DNA from: Candidatus Nomurabacteria bacterium
GTDB lineage: Bacteria > Patescibacteriota > Minisyncoccia > Phycocordibacterales > JAACPR01
Length of the DNA stretch: 64,000 nucleotides
Direction: 5' to 3'
Assembly: GCA_020632215.1 (NCBI GenBank)
Contig: JACKFZ010000006.1
Coordinates: 12,574-76,573 of the forward strand
In this document: positions 53,611-61,972 of the stretch, one piece after another
How the letters are laid out: every line of letters starts with the position of its first letter
How positions within the stretch are numbered: the stretch's first letter is position 1
Translations under genes and position numbers: made by a program
The notes under the pieces: generated by a model
What the model was told of the DNA's origin: nothing
Seen by the model: only the letters and a program-made list of their open reading frames with translations
Databases searched by the model: none

Positions 53611-54741
53611 TTATTTAGTCGTTAAAGTATCAACCACTCCTTTCATCAAAACCGGACACAAAGGTGTAATCATATTTTTTAAATCTTCATTGAGTTTTTT
53701 TCTTGATTCCAAAACATAATGAATGGCAACAATTGATTTTTGCACTTCAATATCGGGTATTGGCAATCTTACTTCGCACATATCCTCCCAGTTAAATGTT
53801 TCTCTAGCACTACCCCAAGAATGAAAACGCGCGTATCTATCAAAATCAGAACGAGTGAACCAAAGATAAAGAAATTCAGGCAATAATTCTTCTTTTTTTG
53901 TAATCTCAAAAACGGGATAAATTTTTGAAACGATAAAATCTTCTTCTGTATTTAATGAAATTGGAATTCTTTCTCCCATTCTCGCCGTATTAGGGTTGAA
54001 TACAAATTGACCAACTTTCAAAAGTTTATAGCCAGAAAGTTCTACATCAGTCATGTTAGCTTTTGGCTTTATCAAAATTTTATGGATTGATACACCTCTT
54101 ACTTTACTAAGGGGCAAACCATAATTTTCGTATTCAGATTGCTGAATATAATCACCCAACCTCTTCAAGTCTTTTTTCTTTGCCAAATCTTCAATAAAAG
54201 TATCACAAATCAATTGCAAATCATCCAGACTGCTCTCATAACATTTCTGATTGCGAAGTAGTTCGTTATAAACCGCCACAACATTTTTTTGAACCCCGAT
54301 ATCATCTGGAATTGGTATCTCAATTTCACAAAATCGCTCCCATTCCAAACCACCCCTAACACTGCTATCACTAACATACCAAGAATATCTATCAAATTCC
54401 GGTTTTTGGAAAATCATCATTAGATATTCGGGAAGTAGCTTATTCGAATCTAAAACTTCAAAAGTAATATATGCAGGAGAAACAAGCGCAGGTTTATCCT
54501 CTGAATATAAAGATATCGGCAATCTTTCATCTCTGCCAACGTGCATAATGTTGCAAGCAAATCTATCTTTTCTAACTATTTTGTATTTTGATAAATCAAG
54601 ATCGGTTTGATTTGCCACCGACGGCATATAATTCTTGGTGATATTGATACCCAAAAGATTGCTTATCTCTAAGTTCTTGTTTCGCTCGTCTACGAGTTGA
54701 ATATAATCGCCAAGTTTTTTATAATTCAATTTCATAGCCAA
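53611..54741 (-). CDS. hsdS: type I restriction-modification specificity subunit
   Basis: Two target-recognition half-domains of similar length, separated by a conserved helical spacer. Sits between hsdM and hsdR. Confidence 0.8.
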   Translation of the reverse strand: MAMKLNYKKLGDYIQLVDERNKNLEISNLLGINITKNYMPSVANQTDLDLSKYKIVRKDRFACNIMHVGRDERLPISLYSEDKPALVSPAYITFEVLDSNKLLPEYLMMIFQKPEFDRYSWYVSDSSVRGGLEWERFCEIEIPIPDDIGVQKNVVAVYNELLRNQKCYESSLDDLQLICDTFIEDLAKKKDLKRLGDYIQQSEYENYGLPLSKVRGVSIHKILIKPKANMTDVELSGYKLLKVGQFVFNPNTARMGERIPISLNTEEDFIVSKIYPVFEITKKEELLPEFLYLWFTRSDFDRYARFHSWGSARETFNWEDMCEVRLPIPDIEVQKSIVAIHYVLESRKKLNEDLKNMITPLCPVLMKGVVDTLTTK

Positions 54742-56299
54742 GATGTTTAAATGCCTCCATTAGTTTTTCTTGCGAATCCTTTTCCTCTGCAAGAATATTG
54801 GTGAATTGTTTTTGAATCCGCTTCATTTCTTTGTCGTAGTTAATTTTGCTATCACGATCAACAAATTCAATGTATTTGCTCGGAATGAGCGACCAATTAT
54901 TTTTCTCAATTTCTTCGATGTTTGCGCTATAGCAAAACTCCGGAATATTTTTGTAGCTTTTTTCAAAACCCTCTCTCTGCCAGTTGTGATATGTAGAGAC
55001 TACCTCTTGGATATCGGCATCAGTGAGCTGAATATACTTTTTTTCGTATTCTTCACCTTTTCGGCGTAAATCCATAAACAATATCTCATCTTGTCTGTTG
55101 CGGTATTTCACCATTGCACCATTATGTTCAATGCTTCTAGCTTGCTTGTTTTTATTAAGAATCCAGAGCGTAACACTAATATCCGTGCTATAGAACATAT
55201 CTCGTGGCAAAACGATAATTGCTTCTACAAGGTGATTTTTGATAAACTGTTTTCTTATTGCAACCGTGTCAGGATCTCCAAGTGCGCCATTGGCAAGCAA
55301 AAATCCGGCTACTCCATTTGAGGAAAGCTTGGATGCCATATGTAAAATCCAGCCATAATTTGCATTACTAACCGGAGGCACATCATATCCCGCCCATCGC
55401 GGATCAGTGGTGAGTTCATTTGCACCTCGCCAATCCTTTTGATTGAATGGCGGATTTGCCATTATAAAATCTGCTTTGAGATCTTTGTGTTGATCTTTGC
55501 CAAAAGTATCAGCGGCGGTTTCTCCCAAATTTGAAGAGATGCCACGAATAGCCAAGTTCATTTTTGCCAGTTTGTATGTAGTCGGAATACTTTCTTGTCC
55601 GTAAATCGCAACTTCTTTGGTGTTTCCGTGATGCGCTTCAATAAATTTTATTGATTGCACAAACATACCGCCGGAACCACAGCAAGGATCATAGATTTTA
55701 CCTTTGTATGGCTCAATAAGTTCAGCAATCAGATTGACTATATTTTTGGGAGTATAAAATTCACCTTTACCTTTTCCTTCTGCGATCGCAAACTTTCTCA
55801 AAAAATATTCGTAAATTCTGCCGATAATATCGTGGGACTTATCTTTGAGTGTATCAATTTTGTGAATTTCATCTAATAAGGCTCCGAGTTTTGTAGTATC
55901 AAGATTTAATCGTGAATAGTAGTTATCTGGCAAAGCGCCTTTGAGTGCAGGATTCTTTTTTTCTACAGTAAATAATGCCGTATCTATTTTTATTGAAATA
56001 TCACTTTGTTTGGCGTTTTTTATCAAATAACTCCATCTTGATTCTTCGGGGAGATAAAACACGTTTTTCATCGTGTAAAAATCCACCATCTCCAGATATT
56101 TTTCTTTACCCTCGGCGATAAGTTCATTTCTTCGTTCCTCAAATTTATCACTGGCAAATTTTAAAAATATCAAGCCGAGCACAACGTGCTTGTATTCAGA
56201 AGGCTCAACAGTTCCCCGAAGTTTATTGGCAGATTCCCAAAGAGATTCTTCAATACTCTTCTGCTTCTTTTCTTTTTTAGGTTTAGTAGTTCTTGTCAT
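54719..56299 (-). CDS. hsdM: type I restriction-modification N6-adenine DNA methyltransferase subunit
   Basis: N-terminal HsdM_N (LWESANKLRG), SAM motif I DPCCGSGGMF, and motif IV FIMANPPFN. Confidence 0.85.
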   Translation of the reverse strand: MTRTTKPKKEKKQKSIEESLWESANKLRGTVEPSEYKHVVLGLIFLKFASDKFEERRNELIAEGKEKYLEMVDFYTMKNVFYLPEESRWSYLIKNAKQSDISIKIDTALFTVEKKNPALKGALPDNYYSRLNLDTTKLGALLDEIHKIDTLKDKSHDIIGRIYEYFLRKFAIAEGKGKGEFYTPKNIVNLIAELIEPYKGKIYDPCCGSGGMFVQSIKFIEAHHGNTKEVAIYGQESIPTTYKLAKMNLAIRGISSNLGETAADTFGKDQHKDLKADFIMANPPFNQKDWRGANELTTDPRWAGYDVPPVSNANYGWILHMASKLSSNGVAGFLLANGALGDPDTVAIRKQFIKNHLVEAIIVLPRDMFYSTDISVTLWILNKNKQARSIEHNGAMVKYRNRQDEILFMDLRRKGEEYEKKYIQLTDADIQEVVSTYHNWQREGFEKSYKNIPEFCYSANIEEIEKNNWSLIPSKYIEFVDRDSKINYDKEMKRIQKQFTNILAEEKDSQEKLMEAFKHLGYEIEL

Positions 56300-56301
56300 A
56301 C

Positions 56302-58068
56302 TTATATTTTATTAAATGCCTTTCTTATAACTCCCGCCATGAGTTTTCTTCTTTCTTGGAGGAATGTATCATATTCAAGCTGATAAAAATTTTCTGGAAT
56401 AGCGTGCTCTGCCAGCATTTCTTTAATTTCGCTCTCGCCGAACCTTTTTTGCACCATTGCAAAATATTCGCTTGGTTTGTCGTCGCTGATTTCGATATTA
56501 TCTTCAAATTCCAAAAATGTCAGATTGGCAATCTGGTTTATTTTTGCCTTGTCTTTGTTCTTATCAAATCCATATTTTGAAATGAGATAATTTCGTGGGA
56601 ATATGTGATGTTTTTCCAAACGCTTCTTTTTAATCTTTAAAGACGGATCATAAAGATCGCCTACAAGTTTGCGAGAAAATAAAACTGGCGAGCCGAGCTT
56701 GTTGAGCGCGGCATAAAAAGCATTTGCCTCTGGGCTTCTTGCTGATGATGTTTCCATTTGCCCGACAAGCGTAATATCCCAAAAATCATTGGTTAAATTC
56801 TCACCAATTATCTTTTCAAGTCCGCTGATAAATCCGTCGTGGCTAAACTCTTTTATTCTGTTTAGATCCTTTTCAAAGGCGGTTTCTGGTGAAGAAGAAT
56901 ATCTACCTGTCAGAGAAGACATCACGAACCAGCGCCCGATAATTCTTTGCAATTCGTGATTTTGCGTATTGAAATTTTGTTTTCCAATAAGATAAAGAAT
57001 ATAGCTATACAAAACGGCATTTTTTGACGATATAAGTTCTTCATCTTTATATCCGCCACCAATAAGAATTTTCAGAAAACTTTGCCAATTCGTATTATCA
57101 AGGATAGTCGGCAAATTTAATTTCAATTTATCAAATTGATGCGTTCGCAATTCTTCTGAAAATTCTCCTGTTTCCATATCGCGTCCGCGAATAATGGAGT
57201 AGACATCTTTCATTTTTGCTCGGTGGAATGTCAGACCAACTAAAACGCGAAGCATATCGTCCGGATCGGGCTTTATCAAATAATTGAAAGACGAAAAACG
57301 AGTTTCTTTTTCTGGAATTTTTCTTGAATCAATACAAAACTGCTCAATTTCTTTCCTGCCCTCTTCCCAATAGACGGAAAGTAAAGTCAAAATGAAATCA
57401 GCTTGCGTCAAACTCACCCCTTGACTGTTTATGCGAACAAAAATATCCGAGACAATTTCTTCCTCTAAATTCGGGGCAATTTCAAGAGCCGTGAGAGGAT
57501 ATTTATTGATGTTTATAAGCGATTGAATGTTTGAGGAAATTGTCTTTTCCTCTTCCTTTGTGATTTCTCTTTTTTCTTTAAGTGCCGAAATGAAATTGCT
57601 AATGATAGCAAAATCACCCTCGCCAGACCAAAGAGCTGAAAGGTCGGGAATATATTCGGGGTCGCGATCGGTCGCCGCGTCGCCGACTTTGAAAAGTGCG
57701 TCTATTGGGCGAAAAGCAATTTTGATAGCTTTGCTTTCATAATCAGGGGTCAAAACTTCCTGATTTTTCATAACGGCAAAAAGAGCCGTCAATCTTTGCT
57801 GTCCGTCAATTATCAAAAATCTCGGAATTTTCCTTTTCTTCTCATCAAAGCCAATATTTTTATAATCACTGCGATTGGCATTTTCCCAGAAAAGCAAATA
57901 TCCGATTGGATAACCACGATATATTGAATCAAATAAATCTCTAACTTTTGAGATTTTTTTATACCAAACGAACGGGCGTTGAATGTCTGGCAAAGCAATA
58001 TCGCCAATTTCAATATCGTCCATTAGTTTTCCAATCGTATAATCTGTTGTTTTGAATACTTGTGCCAT
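56302..58068 (-). CDS. GmrSD-like type IV restriction endonuclease (DUF262 + DUF1524)
   Basis: N-terminal DUF262 with DGQQRLTAL and C-terminal His-Me finger EKHHIFPRNY...ANLTFLEFEDN. Confidence 0.7.
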   Translation of the reverse strand: MAQVFKTTDYTIGKLMDDIEIGDIALPDIQRPFVWYKKISKVRDLFDSIYRGYPIGYLLFWENANRSDYKNIGFDEKKRKIPRFLIIDGQQRLTALFAVMKNQEVLTPDYESKAIKIAFRPIDALFKVGDAATDRDPEYIPDLSALWSGEGDFAIISNFISALKEKREITKEEEKTISSNIQSLININKYPLTALEIAPNLEEEIVSDIFVRINSQGVSLTQADFILTLLSVYWEEGRKEIEQFCIDSRKIPEKETRFSSFNYLIKPDPDDMLRVLVGLTFHRAKMKDVYSIIRGRDMETGEFSEELRTHQFDKLKLNLPTILDNTNWQSFLKILIGGGYKDEELISSKNAVLYSYILYLIGKQNFNTQNHELQRIIGRWFVMSSLTGRYSSSPETAFEKDLNRIKEFSHDGFISGLEKIIGENLTNDFWDITLVGQMETSSARSPEANAFYAALNKLGSPVLFSRKLVGDLYDPSLKIKKKRLEKHHIFPRNYLISKYGFDKNKDKAKINQIANLTFLEFEDNIEISDDKPSEYFAMVQKRFGESEIKEMLAEHAIPENFYQLEYDTFLQERRKLMAGVIRKAFNKI

Positions 58069-58072
58069 ATTT

Positions 58073-58282
58073 TTATTTCATTAAATCATCAAGCGAAACG
58101 CCAAGAGCATCCGCAATTTTTTTAACTGTTTCAATGGTGGGGTTGGGAGTAGAGCCAGCTTCAATTTTGGCAATCGTATGAAAAGCCAAATCCGCCTTTT
58201 TTGAAAGCTGATCCTGCGAAATGCCGAGCTTGTTTCGGTATTTCTTTATATTGTCTGCGATTGTGGATTTTTCCTTTGACAT
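58073..58282 (-). CDS. XRE-family helix-turn-helix transcriptional regulator
   Basis: NIKKYRNKLGISQDQLSKKADLAFHTIAKIEAG. First gene of the operon, with a 4-nt gap to the GmrSD-like gene. Confidence 0.7.
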   Translation of the reverse strand: MSKEKSTIADNIKKYRNKLGISQDQLSKKADLAFHTIAKIEAGSTPNPTIETVKKIADALGVSLDDLMK

Positions 58283-58466
58283 ATTCGTATAGTTTTACTA
58301 TTATAGTTGTATAGTATTAAAAATATCACTTATCAATAGTTAGTATATGAAATTTTTAGCATTTAGTCAAAGAAAAATTTTAGGGAGTTCCTTAGTGTTG
58401 CCCGCGAATGGGTTGGGTGGGTCAAGGGCAACATCTTCTTTGGCGGCGCATTTTACTTTGCAAAAT

Positions 58467-58659
58467 ACGAAATTCGGAAGCGAAAAAGGAAAGGTTCAAA
58501 ATCCCGCCCGCATTCCTCCCCAGACCCCTCCTGCGGGCGGGAAGAAAGCCGAGGCGGGGCAATTCCATTTCCCCAGAAAAATAGTTTGCCCCGCCGAGTC
58601 CAAATTAGTTTTCAAGGTTTTGCTCAAAAAATGTTCGAACTTCGTTCAAAAAACACCGC
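58467..58659 (+). repeat. copy 2 (direct) of GC-rich structured repeat A
   Basis: Inverted repeat of 49652..49845. The track ORF 58347..58916 runs through it. Confidence 0.8.
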
Positions 58660-58789
58660 CAATTTTCACTTTTTGTGAAATCGTAAGAAACAGCCTCGGC
58701 GCAAAGCGCCTCGGCATGGTATTTTTCCGCAATTTTGAAGGCATTTTTGAAATCCAAAACCAAAGTGCGGTCGGCAATGCGGAAGTTCG
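58656..58789 (-). repeat. repeat B: inverted duplicate of the last ~134 bp of the serine recombinase gene
   Basis: Reverse complement equals 60273..60406. Ends in the hexamer ccgcca, which is the 3' end of tRNA-Ser. Confidence 0.8.
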
Positions 58790-58903
58790 CAGAGCGAAGC
58801 TCTGGCAAAATGAAATTTTGCAAACCAATCTTTTTTCTTTCGCCTTTGGCGAAAGGTTGAGCGTATTTTTCTTTGATTGCCCAAAAACTAACTATCAAAA
58901 AAT

Positions 58904-60634
58904 ATGGACAACATAAATTTACAAACCAAAAAGATTTTTCTCTATGCCCGTAAATCCACGGACGAACCCGAAAGGCAGGTTTTGAGTATTGAGGCGCAAA
59001 TGTTTGAATTGCGAGAATATGCCAAAAAAGAGGGATTGAATATCGTCCGTGAATTTGTGGAAAGCAAAACCGCCAAAGAGCCGGGCAGAGAGATTTTTAA
59101 TGAAATGGTTGCAAGCATAGAGAAAAATGAAGCCGAAGGAATTTTAGCGTGGCACCCCGATAGATTGGCGAGAAATAGCATAGACGGCGGAAGAATAATT
59201 TATCTAGTAGATACTGGTAAAATAACCACGCTAAAATTTCCCACTTTTTGGTTTGATCCGACACCGCAGGGAAAATTTATGTTATCAATCGCTTTTGGGC
59301 AATCAAAATATTATGTGGATAATCTTTCGGAAAATATAAGGAGGGGTATTCGCCAGAAATTGCGAAATGGAATATGGCCCGCTTGGGCGCCACTCGGATA
59401 TTTGAACGACAAAAATCAGAGAAAAATTGTGGTTGATAAGGAAAAAGCAAAATATATAAAGCGGGCTTTTGAAATGTATGCAACTGGCGAATACCCCCTC
59501 TCTCAAATCCGAAAGATTATCAATTCCTTGGGCTTGGTTGGCAAGAAAGGCAAAATGCTTTCCGTCTCCAATTACCAATATATGCTCAAGAACAAAATCT
59601 ATTACGGCGTGATTGAATACAATGGCGAATTGTATGACGGAAAGCACGAACCGATTATCACAAAGAAACTTTTTGATTCCGTTCAAGAAGTGATGATGAA
59701 TAAAAGCAAACCGAAAACGCCAAAATTGAAACCTTATGTGTATAGAGGATTTTTCCGTTGCGGAGAGTGCGGTTGCTTCATCACTACCGAAACCCAAAAA
59801 GGTCACAACTATTTGCGATGTACCAAGCGGAAAAATCCTTGCCAGCAAAAATATGTCCGCGAAGAAATCATCACTTCTCAAATAAAAAAAGAAATCAAAA
59901 AAGTTTCTTTGTCTTCCGCTTGGGCAAACGCTTCAATCAATTATTTTGAAAACGAAAAAATGAAAATTGCCCAAGCGGAAAGCTCTTTCGCCCAAAAAGC
60001 GAGAAATGAGCTGGTAGAAATAGAAACGAAACTTGATCGCTTGCTTGATTTACAGTTAGACGGCAATTTGTCGCAAGCGGAATATACCGCTAAAAAACAA
60101 AAGATCATTCTCGCTAAAAAAGATTTGGAAGAAAAAATCTCGTCTTTTGGGCGAAAGAGCAATAATCGGTTCGAACTTGCCATTGCCTTTCTAAAAGACG
60201 CCAACCAAGCCGAAAAATACGCTCAACAAGAAAATCCCGAAAGGATTCGGGATTTTCTCAAAAAGATTGGTTCGAACTTCCGCATTGCCGACCGCACTTT
60301 GGTTTTGGATTTCAAAAATGCCTTCAAAATTGCGGAAAAATACCATGCCGAGGCGCTTTGCGCCGAGGCTGTTTCTTACGATTTCACAAAAAGTGAAAAT
60401 TGGCGGAGAGTTAGGGATTCGAACCCTAGAAGGGCTATAAACCCTTACCTCGTTAGCAGTGAGGCGCTTTCGACCACTCAGCCAACTCTCCAAGTAGAGC
60501 AAAATGTAACATATTTTATTCTTTTTTTCTATCTCCATTTATATGCTATATTCTTTTATGGAAAAAACGCCCATGACAACAAGAGAGACCCTTCAAGGAC
60601 TCCCGTCCTTCGAATACTTGGTGGGTCTAGTTAG
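58904..60634 (+). CDS. large serine recombinase (resolvase/invertase N-domain, recombinase domain, zinc ribbon, coiled coil)
   Basis: Catalytic YARKSTDEPERQ...SIEAQ, zinc ribbon CGECGC...C, and a long coiled coil. The frame stays open through the antisense tRNA-Ser, so the true C-terminus is uncertain. Confidence 0.7.
   Translation: MDNINLQTKKIFLYARKSTDEPERQVLSIEAQMFELREYAKKEGLNIVREFVESKTAKEPGREIFNEMVASIEKNEAEGILAWHPDRLARNSIDGGRIIYLVDTGKITTLKFPTFWFDPTPQGKFMLSIAFGQSKYYVDNLSENIRRGIRQKLRNGIWPAWAPLGYLNDKNQRKIVVDKEKAKYIKRAFEMYATGEYPLSQIRKIINSLGLVGKKGKMLSVSNYQYMLKNKIYYGVIEYNGELYDGKHEPIITKKLFDSVQEVMMNKSKPKTPKLKPYVYRGFFRCGECGCFITTETQKGHNYLRCTKRKNPCQQKYVREEIITSQIKKEIKKVSLSSAWANASINYFENEKMKIAQAESSFAQKARNELVEIETKLDRLLDLQLDGNLSQAEYTAKKQKIILAKKDLEEKISSFGRKSNNRFELAIAFLKDANQAEKYAQQENPERIRDFLKKIGSNFRIADRTLVLDFKNAFKIAEKYHAEALCAEAVSYDFTKSENWRRVRDSNPRRAINPYLVSSEALSTTQPTLQVEQNVTYFILFFYLHLYAIFFYGKNAHDNKRDPSRTPVLRILGGSS
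60273..60406 (+). repeat. repeat B' (recombinase 3' coding end)
   Basis: Inverted partner of 58656..58789. Its right boundary coincides with the 3' end of tRNA-Ser. Confidence 0.8.
60401..60490 (-). tRNA. tRNA-Ser (anticodon GCU) with encoded CCA
   Basis: Reverse complement reads ggagagt...anticodon loop cTGCTAa...a long variable arm...T-arm GGTTCGAATCC...actctcc-g-cca. Confidence 0.75.
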
Positions 60635-60989
60635 CGAAGCTGAGAATAGGATCATGCAAGCAAGTGGCCTTTTTGGTCCATACTTTCTTCACAACTTTGA
60701 TCTGGTGGAGCGAAAATCTTTCGTATCCCAATTCCCAGTTCATCGCAGACCCCAAAACGGAGATGTCATTACAATAAATTCATTTTTATTGTGTGGATCA
60801 TCCGACATGTTGGTTTCTTCCAAGATAGTATTCTTCGCGAAAGTCTTGAGGAGAAAATCCAATGGTAAGATGGAAAGAGTTTGGTTGTTCCGACAAGATT
60901 ACGAGGCTATCCCCAAGCAAGCCAGAGCATTCGATCGGAGACTTCTCTTTTCCATTAGAAAAAAAGCTTATGAACTCTCAACCCCGTGA
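60543..60989 (+). CDS. hypothetical protein
   Basis: ORF with locally higher GC. No motif recognised. Confidence 0.3.
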   Translation: MLYSFMEKTPMTTRETLQGLPSFEYLVGLVSEAENRIMQASGLFGPYFLHNFDLVERKSFVSQFPVHRRPQNGDVITINSFLLCGSSDMLVSSKIVFFAKVLRRKSNGKMERVWLFRQDYEAIPKQARAFDRRLLFSIRKKAYELSTP

Positions 60990-61028
60990 TCAGTCAAGAT
61001 AAAATCAAATCGCGGGAAATCTTTTTGT

Positions 61029-61319
61029 TTAATCTCTAAAGTGATTTGAGTCTTTAACTATGTTATACAGAGAAAGCAGTGGTGATAAATCTTTTTTCTC
61101 TTCTAACCTCTTTTTTAAATTATCAATTTTTTCCTCAGTCAGAAAACCCATACACTGACTATCAGTAATGTTTATCTCTTCTAGCAAATGAACAATCTCT
61201 TCATCAGATAATCTAGGTTTTAAATCTATTAGAATCCTTCCACTAGAAACACTCACTCTATACTTTTTCTCTTCTGCTTGTTCAAATTGTCCTCCTTTCA
61301 TAAAGTTATTTTTTGACAA
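61029..61319 (-). CDS. hypothetical small protein; downstream partner of an overlapping gene pair
   Basis: ORF. Its start overlaps the stop of the 61306..61914 ORF by 14 nt. Confidence 0.4.
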   Translation of the reverse strand: MSKNNFMKGGQFEQAEEKKYRVSVSSGRILIDLKPRLSDEEIVHLLEEINITDSQCMGFLTEEKIDNLKKRLEEKKDLSPLLSLYNIVKDSNHFRD

Positions 61320-61914
61320 ATTTAATATTATTAACTAGAAGTGTAGCATAAAATTCATTATGATCACCTTTCTCTATAAACGACCTTAATTTTTGAATCA
61401 ACTCTTTATCTATTAGATCAGATAGACCAGACTCTTTCTTTTGTGTACTTTCTAATATATTTAGAATATCTGTTTCACTTTTATCTTCACCCCCAATAAT
61501 ATAAAAATTTAGACCTTCTCTTTTAGCTTCCTTTAGTTCTTCAGGATCAACTGATGCAAGGTATATCCTTAATTTATCAACGACTCCACGCCAATATGAT
61601 AGAACTCCTGAACCTAACTTTTTTAAAAAATCTCCGTGCACTTTTTCAAATGACTCGATGTCGTCTATGAGTTCAGTAATATGGTCACACTTATTATATT
61701 TTCTAACTATACTCATATCCCCATACCTGATGTGTTTAGGCTTTATTAAAGGAGTTGTAAGATTTTTATCTACCACACCTTCTTCAATCAATTCTAGTTT
61801 TTCGTTAAATTCCCTAGCAGTATTATTTATACGTTCGGCTTGCCTGTATTCCTCTTCAGTTACTCTAACAAACTGATCGTCATCATTATACTCTGGCAAT
61901 ATACTTTCCCTCAT
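61306..61914 (-). CDS. hypothetical protein; upstream partner of an overlapping gene pair
   Basis: ORF of 202 aa with no recognisable family. Divergent from recG. Confidence 0.4.
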   Translation of the reverse strand: MRESILPEYNDDDQFVRVTEEEYRQAERINNTAREFNEKLELIEEGVVDKNLTTPLIKPKHIRYGDMSIVRKYNKCDHITELIDDIESFEKVHGDFLKKLGSGVLSYWRGVVDKLRIYLASVDPEELKEAKREGLNFYIIGGEDKSETDILNILESTQKKESGLSDLIDKELIQKLRSFIEKGDHNEFYATLLVNNIKFVKK

Positions 61915-61972
61915 ATCTCATTAATTTACCATATTTCACCTAAATTTCACCAGCTTATGATATAAATATGGC

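Larger units (their letters stand above)
49652..60490. mobile_element. putative tRNA-Ser-associated integrative defence island (HEPN, type I R-M, GmrSD, XRE, serine recombinase) with nested inverted repeats
   Basis: Bounded by repeat A copy 1 on the left and the tRNA-Ser 3' end on the right. Contains a recombinase gene and inverted repeats A and B. Flanked by housekeeping genes (galU side) and recG. Confidence 0.5.

Noticed and set aside
58347-58916. 189-aa ORF on the + strand upstream of the recombinase
   Set aside because: It runs through GC-rich repeat A and into repeat B. Its peptide is low-complexity (PARIPPQTPPAGGKKAEAG) and is duplicated by the inverted ORF 49647..49868. More likely these are structured DNA/RNA repeats than a protein.
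60191-60538. 115-aa ORF on the minus strand
   Set aside because: Lies antisense to the recombinase 3' end and covers tRNA-Ser on the same strand. Spurious.
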